Assembly (NCBI GenBank): GCA_965223325.1
Contig: CBDCWI010000001.1
Coordinates: 672,001-736,000, forward strand
Direction: 5' to 3'
Length of the DNA stretch: 64,000 bases
Origin: Candidatus Multivoradales bacterium
Lineage (GTDB): Bacteria > Acidobacteriota > Thermoanaerobaculia > Multivoradales > Multivoraceae
Shown here: piece after piece, positions 41,401 through 51,049 of the stretch
Position numbering within the stretch: position 1 is the first letter of the stretch
Layout: each line of letters opens with the position of its first letter
Program-made: the position numbers and the translations under genes
Notes under the pieces: generated by a model
The model's database searches: none
The model's input: only the letters and a program-made list of their open reading frames with translations
What the model was told of the DNA's origin: nothing

Positions 41401-42863
41401 AGGGTTTGCGTGCCGCGGCTCTGAAAACGATCTCCGGCCTCGGATTCGACCAGAGTGATGACGATCGTCGTGGCGGTTTTCCAGGGCACATGCCAGGCCA
41501 TCAAGAGACGGCGACAAACCAGATCGTAGAGCCTCGCCTCGTCTCCCGAGAGACTCTCCGGCGCCCGGTTCTCGGTCGGAAGAATGGCGTGGTGGTCGGT
41601 CACTTTGGACCCGTCGACGAACCGCTTCCCGAGCTTTTTCTGGCCAGTGCCGGCGGCCAGTTTGCCAGCGTAACGATGTTCGATCGCGGCGACGACCTGG
41701 GGCAGCTCGGCCTCGTTTTCCGGCGCGATGTGGCGACTGTCGGTTCGTGGATAGGTGATCAGCTTGCGCCCTTCGTAGAGACCCTGCGCAACCTGCAGGG
41801 TGCGCTTGGCACTCCAGCCCCACAGGCGGTTGGCGTGCCGTTGAAGCTCGGTCAGGTCATAAAACCGTGGCGCCGCCATCGAACGCTGGCGGGCATCGAG
41901 TGACTCGACGCGAGCCGGCGCGTTCAGACAGCGCTCGATGATGGCGGCGACCTGCTCTTCTGGGCCGGGCCCTTCGGCTGACTCCTTCTTCTCGCCGCCC
42001 GCTTTGGCTTCATCGGGCACGAAGAAACGAAAGGCCTTTTGGTCCTTGGGGTCGGCAAGGTAGCGGCCCTTCCAGACCACCGGCGAGCCCTCCTCTGAGG
42101 TGCCTTCAAAAGAGGCATCGGAGACAGGCCGCCCTTCGAACGTCGCCTCGACCTCGAAGTAGGTCTGCGGCACGAAGGCCCGTATCTCGAGTTCACGCTC
42201 GACGACCATCGCCAGGGTCGGCGTCTGCACACGGCCGACCGGCAGGGTTTCGTCAGCCGCGAGGCTGGTCGCCCGCGACAGGTTCATGCCCACCAACCAG
42301 TCGGCGCGGCTACGCCCGCGCGCCGCGTCGGCGAGACCGTCGAAGTCTTCCGCCGGCCGCAGGTTCAAGAAGCCCTGGCGAATCGCAGCCGTGGTCATGT
42401 TCGAGATCCACAACCGACGCACCGATTTCCTGGCTCCCGCTGCTTCGTAGAGGTACCGGAAGATCAACTCGCCCTCGCGACCGGCGTCGGTCGCCGACAC
42501 GACGCCAGTCACCGCCCGCGCCCGCAACAGGCGCTTTACGACAGCGAACTGCTCCCTGGTCTTCTCCTGGACCGCAAGGGGCCACTCCTCAGGCAGCATC
42601 GGGAGAGCGCTGCGACGCCAGCGCTTCCAGTCGGGGCGGATTTCGTGGGGCTCGGGAAGCCGCACCAAATGGCCGATCGCCCAGGTGACCAGCCAGTCGT
42701 CGCCTTCGAGGTAACCGTTGCGACGCTGGTTGGCCCCGAGGACCCGGGCCAGGTCTCGCGCCACGGAGGGCTTCTCGGCCACTACCAGGGTTTTCTTGCC
42801 GGTGGGGGCGGGTTCACGTGTGGCGTTCTTTTTGCGCCTCGATTTCTTCCTGGTTGGTGACAT
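38469..42863 (-). CDS. topB-recQ: DNA topoisomerase III - RecQ helicase fusion protein
   Basis: Toprim AEKPSVA and DAGREGE; catalytic ITYPRTDS; LGTPATRA; Pro/Ala linker; RecQ TGAGKS, DEAHCISQWGHDFRPDY, QEIGRAGRDG; Zn site C..CGQCDVC; HRDC. No internal stop. Confidence 0.93.
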   Translation of the reverse strand: MSPTRKKSRRKKNATREPAPTGKKTLVVAEKPSVARDLARVLGANQRRNGYLEGDDWLVTWAIGHLVRLPEPHEIRPDWKRWRRSALPMLPEEWPLAVQEKTREQFAVVKRLLRARAVTGVVSATDAGREGELIFRYLYEAAGARKSVRRLWISNMTTAAIRQGFLNLRPAEDFDGLADAARGRSRADWLVGMNLSRATSLAADETLPVGRVQTPTLAMVVERELEIRAFVPQTYFEVEATFEGRPVSDASFEGTSEEGSPVVWKGRYLADPKDQKAFRFFVPDEAKAGGEKKESAEGPGPEEQVAAIIERCLNAPARVESLDARQRSMAAPRFYDLTELQRHANRLWGWSAKRTLQVAQGLYEGRKLITYPRTDSRHIAPENEAELPQVVAAIEHRYAGKLAAGTGQKKLGKRFVDGSKVTDHHAILPTENRAPESLSGDEARLYDLVCRRLLMAWHVPWKTATTIVITLVESEAGDRFQSRGTQTLDPGWKVLDLELPRGRGRKKKSSKASKEESQLPAELKEGFPGRCALLESQKKETRPPRRFTEATLLTAMETAGKTLDERELEEAMRDRGLGTPATRAETIEGLLRRGYIERLKKALAATEKGIDLIARVHPMVKSPALTGEWEAQLKAIERGEGELSVFWQGIEDFVREAVGRTFGEAAGNATAPAAEDQPPEEPGTLNLFEGEDWAAASPAPGGVPESSPGPSRAPVAAPGASPARTSPSETFLQQASPDEEAPAKPPARKRARTRARAGAPLEIKLVLAERFGFDDFRPFQERVCEAVVAGRDVLLVMPTGAGKSLCYQLPGIARGGSTLVVSPLIALMEDQVIKLQQDGFSAERIHSGRPFEESRAAARAWQNGELDFLYVAPERLGIERFAELLALQPPGLVAIDEAHCISQWGHDFRPDYRLLGERLPALRPAPVIALTATATPRVQRDIAEQLGLLKPALHIHGFRRDNIAIEVAEIRPGARAAVVARLLAASERRPAIVYAPTRKESENIASVLEGEFGAEAYHAGLPSARRDEVQKRFLEGDVDVVVATIAFGMGIDKHNVRSVVHTALPGTLEGYYQEIGRAGRDGRSSRAFLLWSWADRRTHEFFHGRDYPHPKVLAQIWRALGKDPRTIDEVGAMLDLDDEVMRPSVEKLWIHGGALVDPEENLRQGHQNWWQPYVAQRDHRTAQLEDMCRFAQGHACRMLSLVRHFGDQEDDGRACGQCDVCAPDEALALGSRAPHSDEVQVMKTILVELEKARRGQGTGRLFKDVHGIHATTDRGDFEDLLGGLARAGLVLVDVDSFEKDGRKIEYKRARLGSRIKRLWSSRRGGNDAFAADSGAAGLDAVLAAIRLPEDAFPDETAKKSRRSGGRRRSRAKGAGKKLALVGADAPEALVDALREWRLAEARRRKVPAFTILHDKSLVALAAAQPSHPDALLRIPGIGPTKADRWGGEWLEIVARHGGAASSGA

Positions 42864-43075
42864 TGAACTGACTCTCTCAGGTTCTGACGGTTGTCGAAAG
42901 GGCTGTTCTGACGCGTCTTTCCAGACGGAGTGCCTGCCTGGGCTCTCAGTACCCTGAGACGCAAAATGGCGCCGAAACATGACGTGCTCTGTCCCATGCG
43001 ACTCGCGAGACCCAAGGGTCCAACACGGCTAGACTCGCCTCCATCCCGCTCCTCCCAAGAGAGGTCAGAACGCCC

Positions 43076-44761
43076 ATGCCTCGACCCCCAGCCTGCCGAC
43101 ATCACGAGCCGCAGCAGCCGCGGCGCCCGAGGGCCAACTCGCCAGGCGCCCTTCCAAGCATCGTCGTTTTCCTCCTCTCGGCGGCACTTCTCGTTGGCTG
43201 TCCTGAACCCGAGCCCTTTTCGTTGGTCATCTTGCACACCAACGACACGCACGCCCGTTTCCTGCCCACCAACCAGATCGGTTCCACCTGCCGCGACGAA
43301 GACCGCGCCGAGCGCTCTTGCCGCGGCGGCGTCGCGCGACGCGCCTCTCTAGTCGCCGACGTACGCAACCAACACCCCAACGTCCTTCTCCTCGACGCCG
43401 GCGATCAATTCCAGGGCACGCTTTTCTATTCGCGATTCAAGGGGCTCGTGGCGCAGCGCACCATGAACGCTCTGGGTTACGACGCGATGGTCCTCGGCAA
43501 CCACGAGTTCGACGACGGCCCGCCGGTGCTGGCCGAATTCGCCAAGGGCCTCGAGTTTCCCCTGCTCGGCGCCAACATCGATACGAGCGCCGAGCCTCTC
43601 CTGGCTGGCCTCATCGAGAGCAGCACCGTTGTCGAGCGCAGCGGCCGCCGTATCGGAATCGTCGGCTGGATCACTGAAGAGACCGCCCAGCTCTCGAGCC
43701 CCGGCCCAACCGTAGAGTTCGGGGCTATTCAGAGCGCCGTCGAACGTGAGGTCAAGAGTCTCACGGCCCAGAACATCGACGTCATCATCGGGCTCTCGCA
43801 CGCCGGACACCGCTCTGACCTCGAGATCGCCAGAACGGTCGCCGGTCTCGATGTGATCGTCGGCGGTCACACCAACACCCGGCTCTCCAACACCGACGAA
43901 GACGCCGAGGGGCCGTATCCCGAGGTCGTCACAGGGCCTGAAGGTGACCCCGTCCTGGTCGTGACCGACTTCGCCTGGGGCCACTATCTCGGTCAGGTGA
44001 CCGTCGAGTTCGACGCCAAGGGCAGAGCGTTGACCTGGGAGGGCGAGCCGCGACTTCTCGACAGCGACGTACCCGAGAACCCAGCGATGGCCGAGCTGCT
44101 CGCTCCGATGACGGCCGAGATCGCAACCTTCGCTGCCGGTGAGGCAGGCTCGAGTACCGTCGACCTGATCGGACGCGAAAGCATCTGTCGAGCGCGCGAA
44201 TGCAACCTCGGCAATTTGATTGCCGACGCTCTCCTCGACGCCCACCGCGAGGTCGGAATCGAGGTCGCCCTCCAGAACGGCGGCGGCATTCGGGCCAGCC
44301 TTCCCGCCGGCGCCATCAGTCGCGGCCAGGTGCTCGAAGTGCTTCCGTTCGGCAACACGGTCAGCACTTTTGGATTGCTCGGTCGCGATCTCGGAGCGGT
44401 ACTGGAACATGGCGTTTCGCAAGCACACGACCTCGACCTCGGCGGCACCGGACGGTTCCTTCAGGTGGCCGGTCTGCGCTACCGCTTCGACGTGCGAGAA
44501 CCGCCGGGCGAGCGCGTCCTCTCGGTCGAGGTGCAGGAGGCCGACGGCAGCTGGCAGCCGCTCGACCGAGAACGGACCTATCGCGTCGCCATGAACGCCT
44601 TCAACCGCAACGGTGGCGACGGCTACACCGTCCTCGCCGAGCGCGCCATCGACCCCTACGACCAGGGAGCCACCCTGGCAGAAGTGGTGACGGACTATCT
44701 GGTCGAGCATGCGCCGGTGGAGCCGACGATCGACGGCCGGATTGTTCGAATCGAGAACTGA
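43076..44761 (+). CDS. 5'-nucleotidase / UDP-sugar hydrolase lipoprotein
   Basis: LLVGC lipobox; HTNDTH, DAGDQFQG, GNHEFD, GGHTN, NGGGIRA, PFGN. Confidence 0.92.
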   Translation: MPRPPACRHHEPQQPRRPRANSPGALPSIVVFLLSAALLVGCPEPEPFSLVILHTNDTHARFLPTNQIGSTCRDEDRAERSCRGGVARRASLVADVRNQHPNVLLLDAGDQFQGTLFYSRFKGLVAQRTMNALGYDAMVLGNHEFDDGPPVLAEFAKGLEFPLLGANIDTSAEPLLAGLIESSTVVERSGRRIGIVGWITEETAQLSSPGPTVEFGAIQSAVEREVKSLTAQNIDVIIGLSHAGHRSDLEIARTVAGLDVIVGGHTNTRLSNTDEDAEGPYPEVVTGPEGDPVLVVTDFAWGHYLGQVTVEFDAKGRALTWEGEPRLLDSDVPENPAMAELLAPMTAEIATFAAGEAGSSTVDLIGRESICRARECNLGNLIADALLDAHREVGIEVALQNGGGIRASLPAGAISRGQVLEVLPFGNTVSTFGLLGRDLGAVLEHGVSQAHDLDLGGTGRFLQVAGLRYRFDVREPPGERVLSVEVQEADGSWQPLDRERTYRVAMNAFNRNGGDGYTVLAERAIDPYDQGATLAEVVTDYLVEHAPVEPTIDGRIVRIEN

Positions 44762-44924
44762 TGGGCGGTTGAACCTGTGAGATTCTGAATCTGACAGCTC
44801 TCGATTTGTTTGAAACAAACAATATTTCGTTGAAAAGAAACACAAGACAGATTCAGGTGATAGTTTAGATTTCCTAGTTTCGCTGAATCAACTCCCTGAT
44901 TCGGCAGTGCTCGCCAAAGGAAGC

Positions 44925-47900
44925 ATGAACTTCGCCAGCGCGCCCGGCCGGCGCCAGAGATCCACCCGACCTTCAGGCCATCGCGGCTGGAGCACCGCCC
45001 AACGTGCCTGGCTCGAACGCCGGCGGTTGGCTGGGCTTTTGACCAACCCACTCGGCCTGCATCTAGGGATCGCGACCGTAGCCATTGCGATCGGCTTCTG
45101 GGCTGCCCATCTCCACCCATGGATTCCCGCCTGGATCGCGGCCCTGGCACTTACTGCCAGCGCTCGCTGGCGATTGCTCTATTCGTGGCGTCGCAACCCC
45201 CGCCGACACACGGTGAGCGGTTGGCGCGGGCGCTACGGCTTGACGCTGCACACCGAGGGCTGGCTCTGGGCGATGCTCGCGGGACCCTTCTTTCCTGCCC
45301 CGACGAGTCATCCGGCGATCGCTGTCGGCCTTCTCCTCACCGCCCTGCCGGTCACCGGCCTTTTGTTGTACTCGTCCAGCCTGTGGATGTTCGCCGCTTT
45401 CTCGGCGCCGATTCTCGTCGCCGCGACTCTCCGATCGTTGGCCGTTGTCGAGATGGATTCGACCTGGATCTCACTCTTCTGGCCCGGCTTCTTCCTGCTG
45501 CTCTTTGGCATTGCCGCCCACTTGCGGCGGGGCACCCTCGACTCGCTCGAGCTCGAGTACGAGAACCGTCTTTTGCTCGACGAGTTCGAGCGCACGAATC
45601 GTGACCTGCTGGCACGCACCCGCTCGCAGGAAGCGGCGCGCCAAGAGCTCCTCCGCCGCGACGCCATTCTGCAGGCCGTGCGCTTCGCCGCCGAGCACCT
45701 GCTGGACAGCCGGACCTGGGAGGAAGACCCGGTCGAGATTCTCGAGCAGCTCGGCCTCGCCGACGGGGTACAAAGGGTGCAGCTCTTGCACTACCATCAA
45801 GCGAGCGGTGCCTTGAGGGTCGAGAACCGCTACGTCTGGACCACCGAAACCACCTCTACCCTCGACGCGCCGCTCGAACTGCCGGTACACGAGGCCGATC
45901 GAAGCGGCGTCGACCCGGTTCTGATCACCGCTTGGCGCTCGACTCTGGAGGCAGAGCAGCCGGTGTTCATCGGACGAAGTGGAACCGAGGGCTTGGCACT
46001 CCGGCTCCTCGAAGCGCACGGGACGAAGTCGCTGGCTGCCATCCCGGTCACGGTGCGCGGCGAGCTGTGGGGAACTCTGGTCTTCGAGGACCTGGCCGCA
46101 GAACGCACGTGGGTCGAAACGGAGCGCAGCGCCCTCCTGGCGGCTGCCAACATGCTCGGAGCCGCCGTCCAGGGCATGCGCACCGAAGAAGCCCTACGCC
46201 ACTCGGACGACCGCTACCGATTGCTGGCGGAGAACACCAGCGACCTCGTCGCGCTTCACAAACCCGACGCCAGCTATCTCTACGTCAGCCCCTCGAGCCA
46301 AACGCTCTTGGGGTTCGAGTCCTTCGAACTCATGCAGTTCGACCCGCTTGCGCTGGTGCTCGACGCAGAGCGCGAGGAAGTCAGACAGCGCCTCCTGACC
46401 GCCGCTAGAACCGACGACACCGACCCGTTGACCTATCGCATGCGGCACTCTGACGGGCGCCTGATCTGGGTCGAAACCAGAGTACGGGCGGTACGCGACG
46501 GCCTCGGCCAGATGACTCTTTTTGTAACCTCTTCGCGCGACGTGACCGAGCGGCGGCGCGCAGACGAACAGCTCTACCGCGAAAAGGAACTGGCCCAGGT
46601 CACCCTCTCTTCGATTGGCGATGGAGTCATCACCACAGATGGTCAAGGGGTCATCCAGTACATGAACCCCGCAGCCCGCCGCTTGACCGGTCGCCGGGGC
46701 CAGATCGACGGCCTGGAGGTTCGCCGCCTGTTCGGCGACAGAGGCGAGAGTGCGGCGTTTGCCCGCCTGGTCGACAGAGCTCTCGACTCACCCGAGATCG
46801 TGTCACCGGAGAACCCGCTGGTCCTCACTGCGCCCGACGACGCGGAGATCGCAATCAAGGTCACCGCGGCCCGCCTGCGCGATCGCCATCGGCAGACGAT
46901 CGGCACCGTCACCGTCCTACACGATGTCACCGACAACCGCCGACTCGCCGAGCAGCTGACCTACCACGCCACCCGCGACCCACTGACCGATCTCCTCAAC
47001 CGTCGAGAGTTCGAGAACCGCCTCCATCATTCCGTTCGCACCCGACTCGATGGTGAGGGTGACGCGCTGTGTTACCTCGATCTCGATCAGTTCAAAGTCG
47101 TCAACGACACCTGCGGCCACGCTGCCGGCGATGAGCTCCTCCGTCAGCTGGCGGGCATTCTCCGCACTCACGTCCGACAGACCGACGTCGTCGCACGCCT
47201 CGGCGGCGACGAGTTCGGACTGCTCCTGACCGAGTGTCCAGCGGAGCGCGCCGAAAGTGTTGCCCAGGGTATCTGCGAAGCGGTGCGAGCCTTTCGCTTC
47301 ACCTGGCAAGACAAAGCCTTTCGCCTCGGCGCCAGCATCGGCGTCGTACCGATCACCCAGGGCGTGTCGAGCGTGACGGAGCTTCTGAGTGCCGCCGACA
47401 CGGCCTGCTACGCGGCCAAGGATAGCGGCCGCAACCGGGTTCACATGTTTACCGCGGGCGATTCCGCGATTGCCAAACGCACCGGCGACATGGAGTGGGT
47501 CAGCCGCGTCCACGGCGCCCTCGAGAACGACCTTTTCGAACTCTGGTACCAGCCGATCTTCGACGCCCAACCGGCACCGCTGCAGAATCCCGAATCGTTC
47601 ACACTGCGTTTGCATGAAACGATCGCGCCGCGCGTCGAGATCCTGCTGCGTATGAAGGGCGAGGATGGCGAAACGATCTTGCCGGGTTCGTTCATACCAG
47701 CGGCCGAGCGCTACAACACCATGCCGGCAGTCGACCGCTGGGTGGTCGCAAGAACCCTCGGCGCCTTCGCCCCCAGGTGGCACGCTGGGTCCCGTGGGGC
47801 GCTCGACTGCTTCATCAACCTGTCGGGCCCGACCCTGACCGATCCCTCTTTCGGTGACTTCGTCAAAGAACAGATCGAACAACACCGAGTTCCCACTGGC

Positions 47901-48332
47901 CGTTTGTGCTTCGAGATCACCGAAACCGCGGCCATTACCAACCTCCGTGAAGCACGCAAGCTGATCAGGGAGCTCCAGGAGCTCGGCTGCCGCTTCGCGC
48001 TCGACGACTTCGGCAGTGGGCTGTCCTCCTTCGCCTACCTGCGTAGCCTGCCGGTTGATTTTCTGAAGATCGATGGTCTCTTCGTCAAAGACATCGACCG
48101 CGACGAAATCGACTATTCGATCGTCGAGTCGATCCATCGCGTGGGCCGCGGCCTCGGGTTGAAGACGATTGCCGAGTTCGTCGAGAGCGACGCCATCCGC
48201 GATCGCCTGATGGGGCTCGGCGTCGATTGCCTGCAAGGCTACGGGCTCGCCAAACCGCGACCGCTCGGCGACCTGTTCTCGCCGCCACCTGCCGATGACA
48301 TCCTGTACGGCCCGACGGCCGGTCAGGCTTAG
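44925..48332 (+). CDS. Membrane sensor diguanylate cyclase/phosphodiesterase (TM-GAF-PAS-PAS-GGDEF-EAL)
   Basis: RQTD I-site and RLGGDEF; EIL variant, FEITET, DDFGSG, LKIDG, AEFVE, QGY. Confidence 0.92.
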   Translation: MNFASAPGRRQRSTRPSGHRGWSTAQRAWLERRRLAGLLTNPLGLHLGIATVAIAIGFWAAHLHPWIPAWIAALALTASARWRLLYSWRRNPRRHTVSGWRGRYGLTLHTEGWLWAMLAGPFFPAPTSHPAIAVGLLLTALPVTGLLLYSSSLWMFAAFSAPILVAATLRSLAVVEMDSTWISLFWPGFFLLLFGIAAHLRRGTLDSLELEYENRLLLDEFERTNRDLLARTRSQEAARQELLRRDAILQAVRFAAEHLLDSRTWEEDPVEILEQLGLADGVQRVQLLHYHQASGALRVENRYVWTTETTSTLDAPLELPVHEADRSGVDPVLITAWRSTLEAEQPVFIGRSGTEGLALRLLEAHGTKSLAAIPVTVRGELWGTLVFEDLAAERTWVETERSALLAAANMLGAAVQGMRTEEALRHSDDRYRLLAENTSDLVALHKPDASYLYVSPSSQTLLGFESFELMQFDPLALVLDAEREEVRQRLLTAARTDDTDPLTYRMRHSDGRLIWVETRVRAVRDGLGQMTLFVTSSRDVTERRRADEQLYREKELAQVTLSSIGDGVITTDGQGVIQYMNPAARRLTGRRGQIDGLEVRRLFGDRGESAAFARLVDRALDSPEIVSPENPLVLTAPDDAEIAIKVTAARLRDRHRQTIGTVTVLHDVTDNRRLAEQLTYHATRDPLTDLLNRREFENRLHHSVRTRLDGEGDALCYLDLDQFKVVNDTCGHAAGDELLRQLAGILRTHVRQTDVVARLGGDEFGLLLTECPAERAESVAQGICEAVRAFRFTWQDKAFRLGASIGVVPITQGVSSVTELLSAADTACYAAKDSGRNRVHMFTAGDSAIAKRTGDMEWVSRVHGALENDLFELWYQPIFDAQPAPLQNPESFTLRLHETIAPRVEILLRMKGEDGETILPGSFIPAAERYNTMPAVDRWVVARTLGAFAPRWHAGSRGALDCFINLSGPTLTDPSFGDFVKEQIEQHRVPTGRLCFEITETAAITNLREARKLIRELQELGCRFALDDFGSGLSSFAYLRSLPVDFLKIDGLFVKDIDRDEIDYSIVESIHRVGRGLGLKTIAEFVESDAIRDRLMGLGVDCLQGYGLAKPRPLGDLFSPPPADDILYGPTAGQA

Positions 48333-49108
48333 CCCAAGGCATCGAAGCGCCGTACCGCAAGTTCCCCACCTCGCCAACAGGCGGCAGCGGCAAACCCCGG
48401 GTAGGGCTCGAAATCGAGTACTGACCACTCCGCGACGTGGTCACCGGGCATCTGGGTGTGCCGCAAGAAGCGGCCAACCACCTGCTGGTCGGCCGCCTCG
48501 AGGTCTACCGAGGACACTTCGAAAAGGCGTGACGAAAAGGAGAGGCCGGTGCCCCAGGCTTTGAGGTAGGCCTCTTTCCGGCACCAGGTACGGTAGAACG
48601 AGTCGACTTTTCGATTCTCCGGCAGGGCCTGCCACTGCCGAGTCTCCGAGGCGGCGAAGAACCGTCGGGCAAGTCCAGCCAACCTGCGATCGGCACGACG
48701 CTCTTCGACGTCGACCCCGAGCCGTAGGCCTGAAGCGACTCCAACGATCGCCACGTCGGCCGAGTGGGAGAGGTTGAACACCAGGTCACCCGCGCCCCGA
48801 ACGCTCGGATGCCCGTGTTCGCCATAGGTGAACTCGATCGCCGCTGGATCGCGGTCGAGGTAGCGGGACAGAACGAGCCGCAGGGTCGTCCGTGCAGCGA
48901 AGCGCTCGATGCGCTTGCGCTCGATGATCAGGCGACCGAAGCGCTCCTTCTCATCAGGCGACAGGATGCTGTCGTCAGAGCCCTCGGGCGTCAGTCGGAA
49001 CCGCCAGAGATCGAGCTCCCTACCGGACGTACCCTTCTGCCAGGTCTCGCGCCCGGCCCACGCGGGCGAAAGAGCGCGAGGCGGTCGCTCGGCGGGCGCC
49101 TCACTCAC
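48329..49108 (-). CDS. Sfp-type 4'-phosphopantetheinyl transferase (PfaE-like)
   Basis: FNLSHS, LGVDVE, WCRKEAYLKA.G.G. GTGA overlap with the oleD stop. Confidence 0.9.
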   Translation of the reverse strand: MSEAPAERPPRALSPAWAGRETWQKGTSGRELDLWRFRLTPEGSDDSILSPDEKERFGRLIIERKRIERFAARTTLRLVLSRYLDRDPAAIEFTYGEHGHPSVRGAGDLVFNLSHSADVAIVGVASGLRLGVDVEERRADRRLAGLARRFFAASETRQWQALPENRKVDSFYRTWCRKEAYLKAWGTGLSFSSRLFEVSSVDLEAADQQVVGRFLRHTQMPGDHVAEWSVLDFEPYPGFAAAACWRGGELAVRRFDALG

Positions 49109-50175
49109 CGAGCCGCTGCCTCGTTGTTGCCGGCCTGATCCCGGGCCAGCCGCGCGAGGCCCTCCTCAATCGAAACCTCGGGACGGTAGCCAAAGTCGCG
49201 CTCGGCCGCGCCGAGATCGAACCAGTGCGAGGTGGTGAGCTCGTCGACCACCCAACGTGTGAGGGGCGGTTCATCGCTTCTCCCGGTCGCCAACCACAAC
49301 AACTCGCAAGCGGCGGCGGCCGTGCGAGCCACAGGCTGTGGAACCGCCGGCTTGCTGGTCCCGGCGTTGGCGGCGCGCAGCATGCTGTCGACCATCTCGA
49401 AAGGAGCGATGCACTCGCCAGAAGTCACGAAGTAGGCCCTGCCACAGGGAGGCTGGTGATGGTCTGCGGCTGCCACCAGGGCCTCCGATGCCAGCACATG
49501 AGCCCGCGCCGCGTCGTCGATGAAGGTCGGCGCGATCTTCTTCTCGGGGCCGCCGATGCGACGCAAACGGCCCGCACGGGCGCGCTCGATCATGCGTGGC
49601 AGCAACTGCGTATCTCCCGGCCCCCAGATCAGGTGAGGCCTGAGAGCCACCGTCTGAAGGGTCGCACAGTTGGCCTCGAGAACCGCACGCTCTGCCACGG
49701 CTTTCGAGCGCGGATAGTGGGCCTCGTAGTGCCGCGGCAGCTCGAGCTCGTGCTCGGCTCTTCCCTCGATGTCGCGACCATCGAAGACGACACTGGGAGT
49801 CGAGGTGTGGATGAGCGCTGGCACGCCGGCCGCCAGGCAGGCATCGATCACATTGCGGGTCCCTTCGATGTTGGTGCGAAAGTAGCCCTCCCAGGGCCCC
49901 CAGGCACCGGCCTTCGCAGCGACATGAAAGACCCGCGAACAACCAGACACTGCCGCTGTCACCGCCTCGCGGTCGGCCAGATCGCCGACATGCTGCTCGA
50001 CACCCTGGCGCTCGAGATCCGGGTACTTTCTCCGCGAGAAGGAACGCACGTCGTGGCCGCGGGCGCGCAGCTCGCGCACCACCGCCCCACCGAGAAAGCC
50101 ACCGCCACCAGTGACCAGGCAGCGCTCCGGCTGCCCGGACGTGCGTGCGCCGATGGGGTCGAGTGGGGTCATCAT
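49105..50175 (-). CDS. oleD: OleD-like 2-alkyl-3-oxoalkanoate reductase (3-beta-HSD family)
   Basis: VTGGGGFLG, HVAAKAGAWG, TSTPSVVF, YPRSKA, LRPHLIWGPGD. oleABC nearby. Confidence 0.82.
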   Translation of the reverse strand: MMTPLDPIGARTSGQPERCLVTGGGGFLGGAVVRELRARGHDVRSFSRRKYPDLERQGVEQHVGDLADREAVTAAVSGCSRVFHVAAKAGAWGPWEGYFRTNIEGTRNVIDACLAAGVPALIHTSTPSVVFDGRDIEGRAEHELELPRHYEAHYPRSKAVAERAVLEANCATLQTVALRPHLIWGPGDTQLLPRMIERARAGRLRRIGGPEKKIAPTFIDDAARAHVLASEALVAAADHHQPPCGRAYFVTSGECIAPFEMVDSMLRAANAGTSKPAVPQPVARTAAAACELLWLATGRSDEPPLTRWVVDELTTSHWFDLGAAERDFGYRPEVSIEEGLARLARDQAGNNEAAAR

Positions 50176-50277
50176 CGGACCATTCTGCCTCAGCGCACCC
50201 CGTGCGCGGCAGAGCCGCGCTTGGCGGGGGGTACAGGCGCTAAGCTTGGCCAACCAAATCAAACTGGAGACTCGCCG

Positions 50278-50775
50278 ATGCCGCACCTTCTCCTTCGTCC
50301 GCTCAGTGCCACCGTTCTCGCCGCAGTCGTCGCAGCCACTGCTCTGCCAGCACCACTCGCAGCCGAAGAGGCGAACCGCGATGACGCGTTCGCCGCCCTC
50401 TTCGAAGGCAAGCGACTCGAGGGCAACTTCAACGTCGTCGGCGCCGATGGCCTGTCGGTGCCCTACGACGAGCTCTACATGGTCTCCGACCTCGAGCGAG
50501 GCGAGGGCGATACCTGGATCTTCACCGCCAGCATGAAGTACGGCGACAATGCCCCGGCCGCCGAGTTTCCGATTCCGGTGCAGGTCCTCTGGGCCGGCGA
50601 GACTCCGGTCATCACCATGACCGAACAGACTGTCGAAGGCCTCGGCACGTTCACGGTTCGCCTCCTGCTCCATGGGGACCGCTACGCCGGTACCTGGCAA
50701 CACGGCCAATTCGGCGGCCATATGTGGGGCATGTTGGTCGACGCGGCCGACGGCGGACAAGAAGGCAGCAACTAG
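50278..50775 (+). CDS. Secreted hypothetical protein
   Basis: GGAGA RBS, signal peptide, beta-rich domain ending YAGTWQHGQFGGHMWG. Confidence 0.72.
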   Translation: MPHLLLRPLSATVLAAVVAATALPAPLAAEEANRDDAFAALFEGKRLEGNFNVVGADGLSVPYDELYMVSDLERGEGDTWIFTASMKYGDNAPAAEFPIPVQVLWAGETPVITMTEQTVEGLGTFTVRLLLHGDRYAGTWQHGQFGGHMWGMLVDAADGGQEGSN

Positions 50776-51049
50776 ACAGCAAGGGATACACGACGGCCGG
50801 GAACGAGAGGCGTCCTGGCGAGGTCCAGGCCCCCGGCATTCGCTCCGCCAGGGACTCTTGCTGTAGACTGTTTTCTCCGGAGTTTCAGGGATAACCTTGG
50901 GCTCCTTAGGCACTTGACTGCAGAGCCACCCCACCGAATTTTCCACGATTTCGAGAGCTGGCCTCTCCCTCCTGCCCGTTGAGTCACCCGACCCAACACC
51001 CGCCCTGCCCGGGCCCCTCCTTCCTCACTCGCCCTCGGAGTCTCCCAAC

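Noticed and set aside
49225-50946. Extended ORF-track versions of oleD (613 aa) and of the plus-strand ORF (516 aa)
   Set aside because: They overlap each other. Motifs, RBS and signal peptide support starts at ~50175 (-) and 50278 (+).
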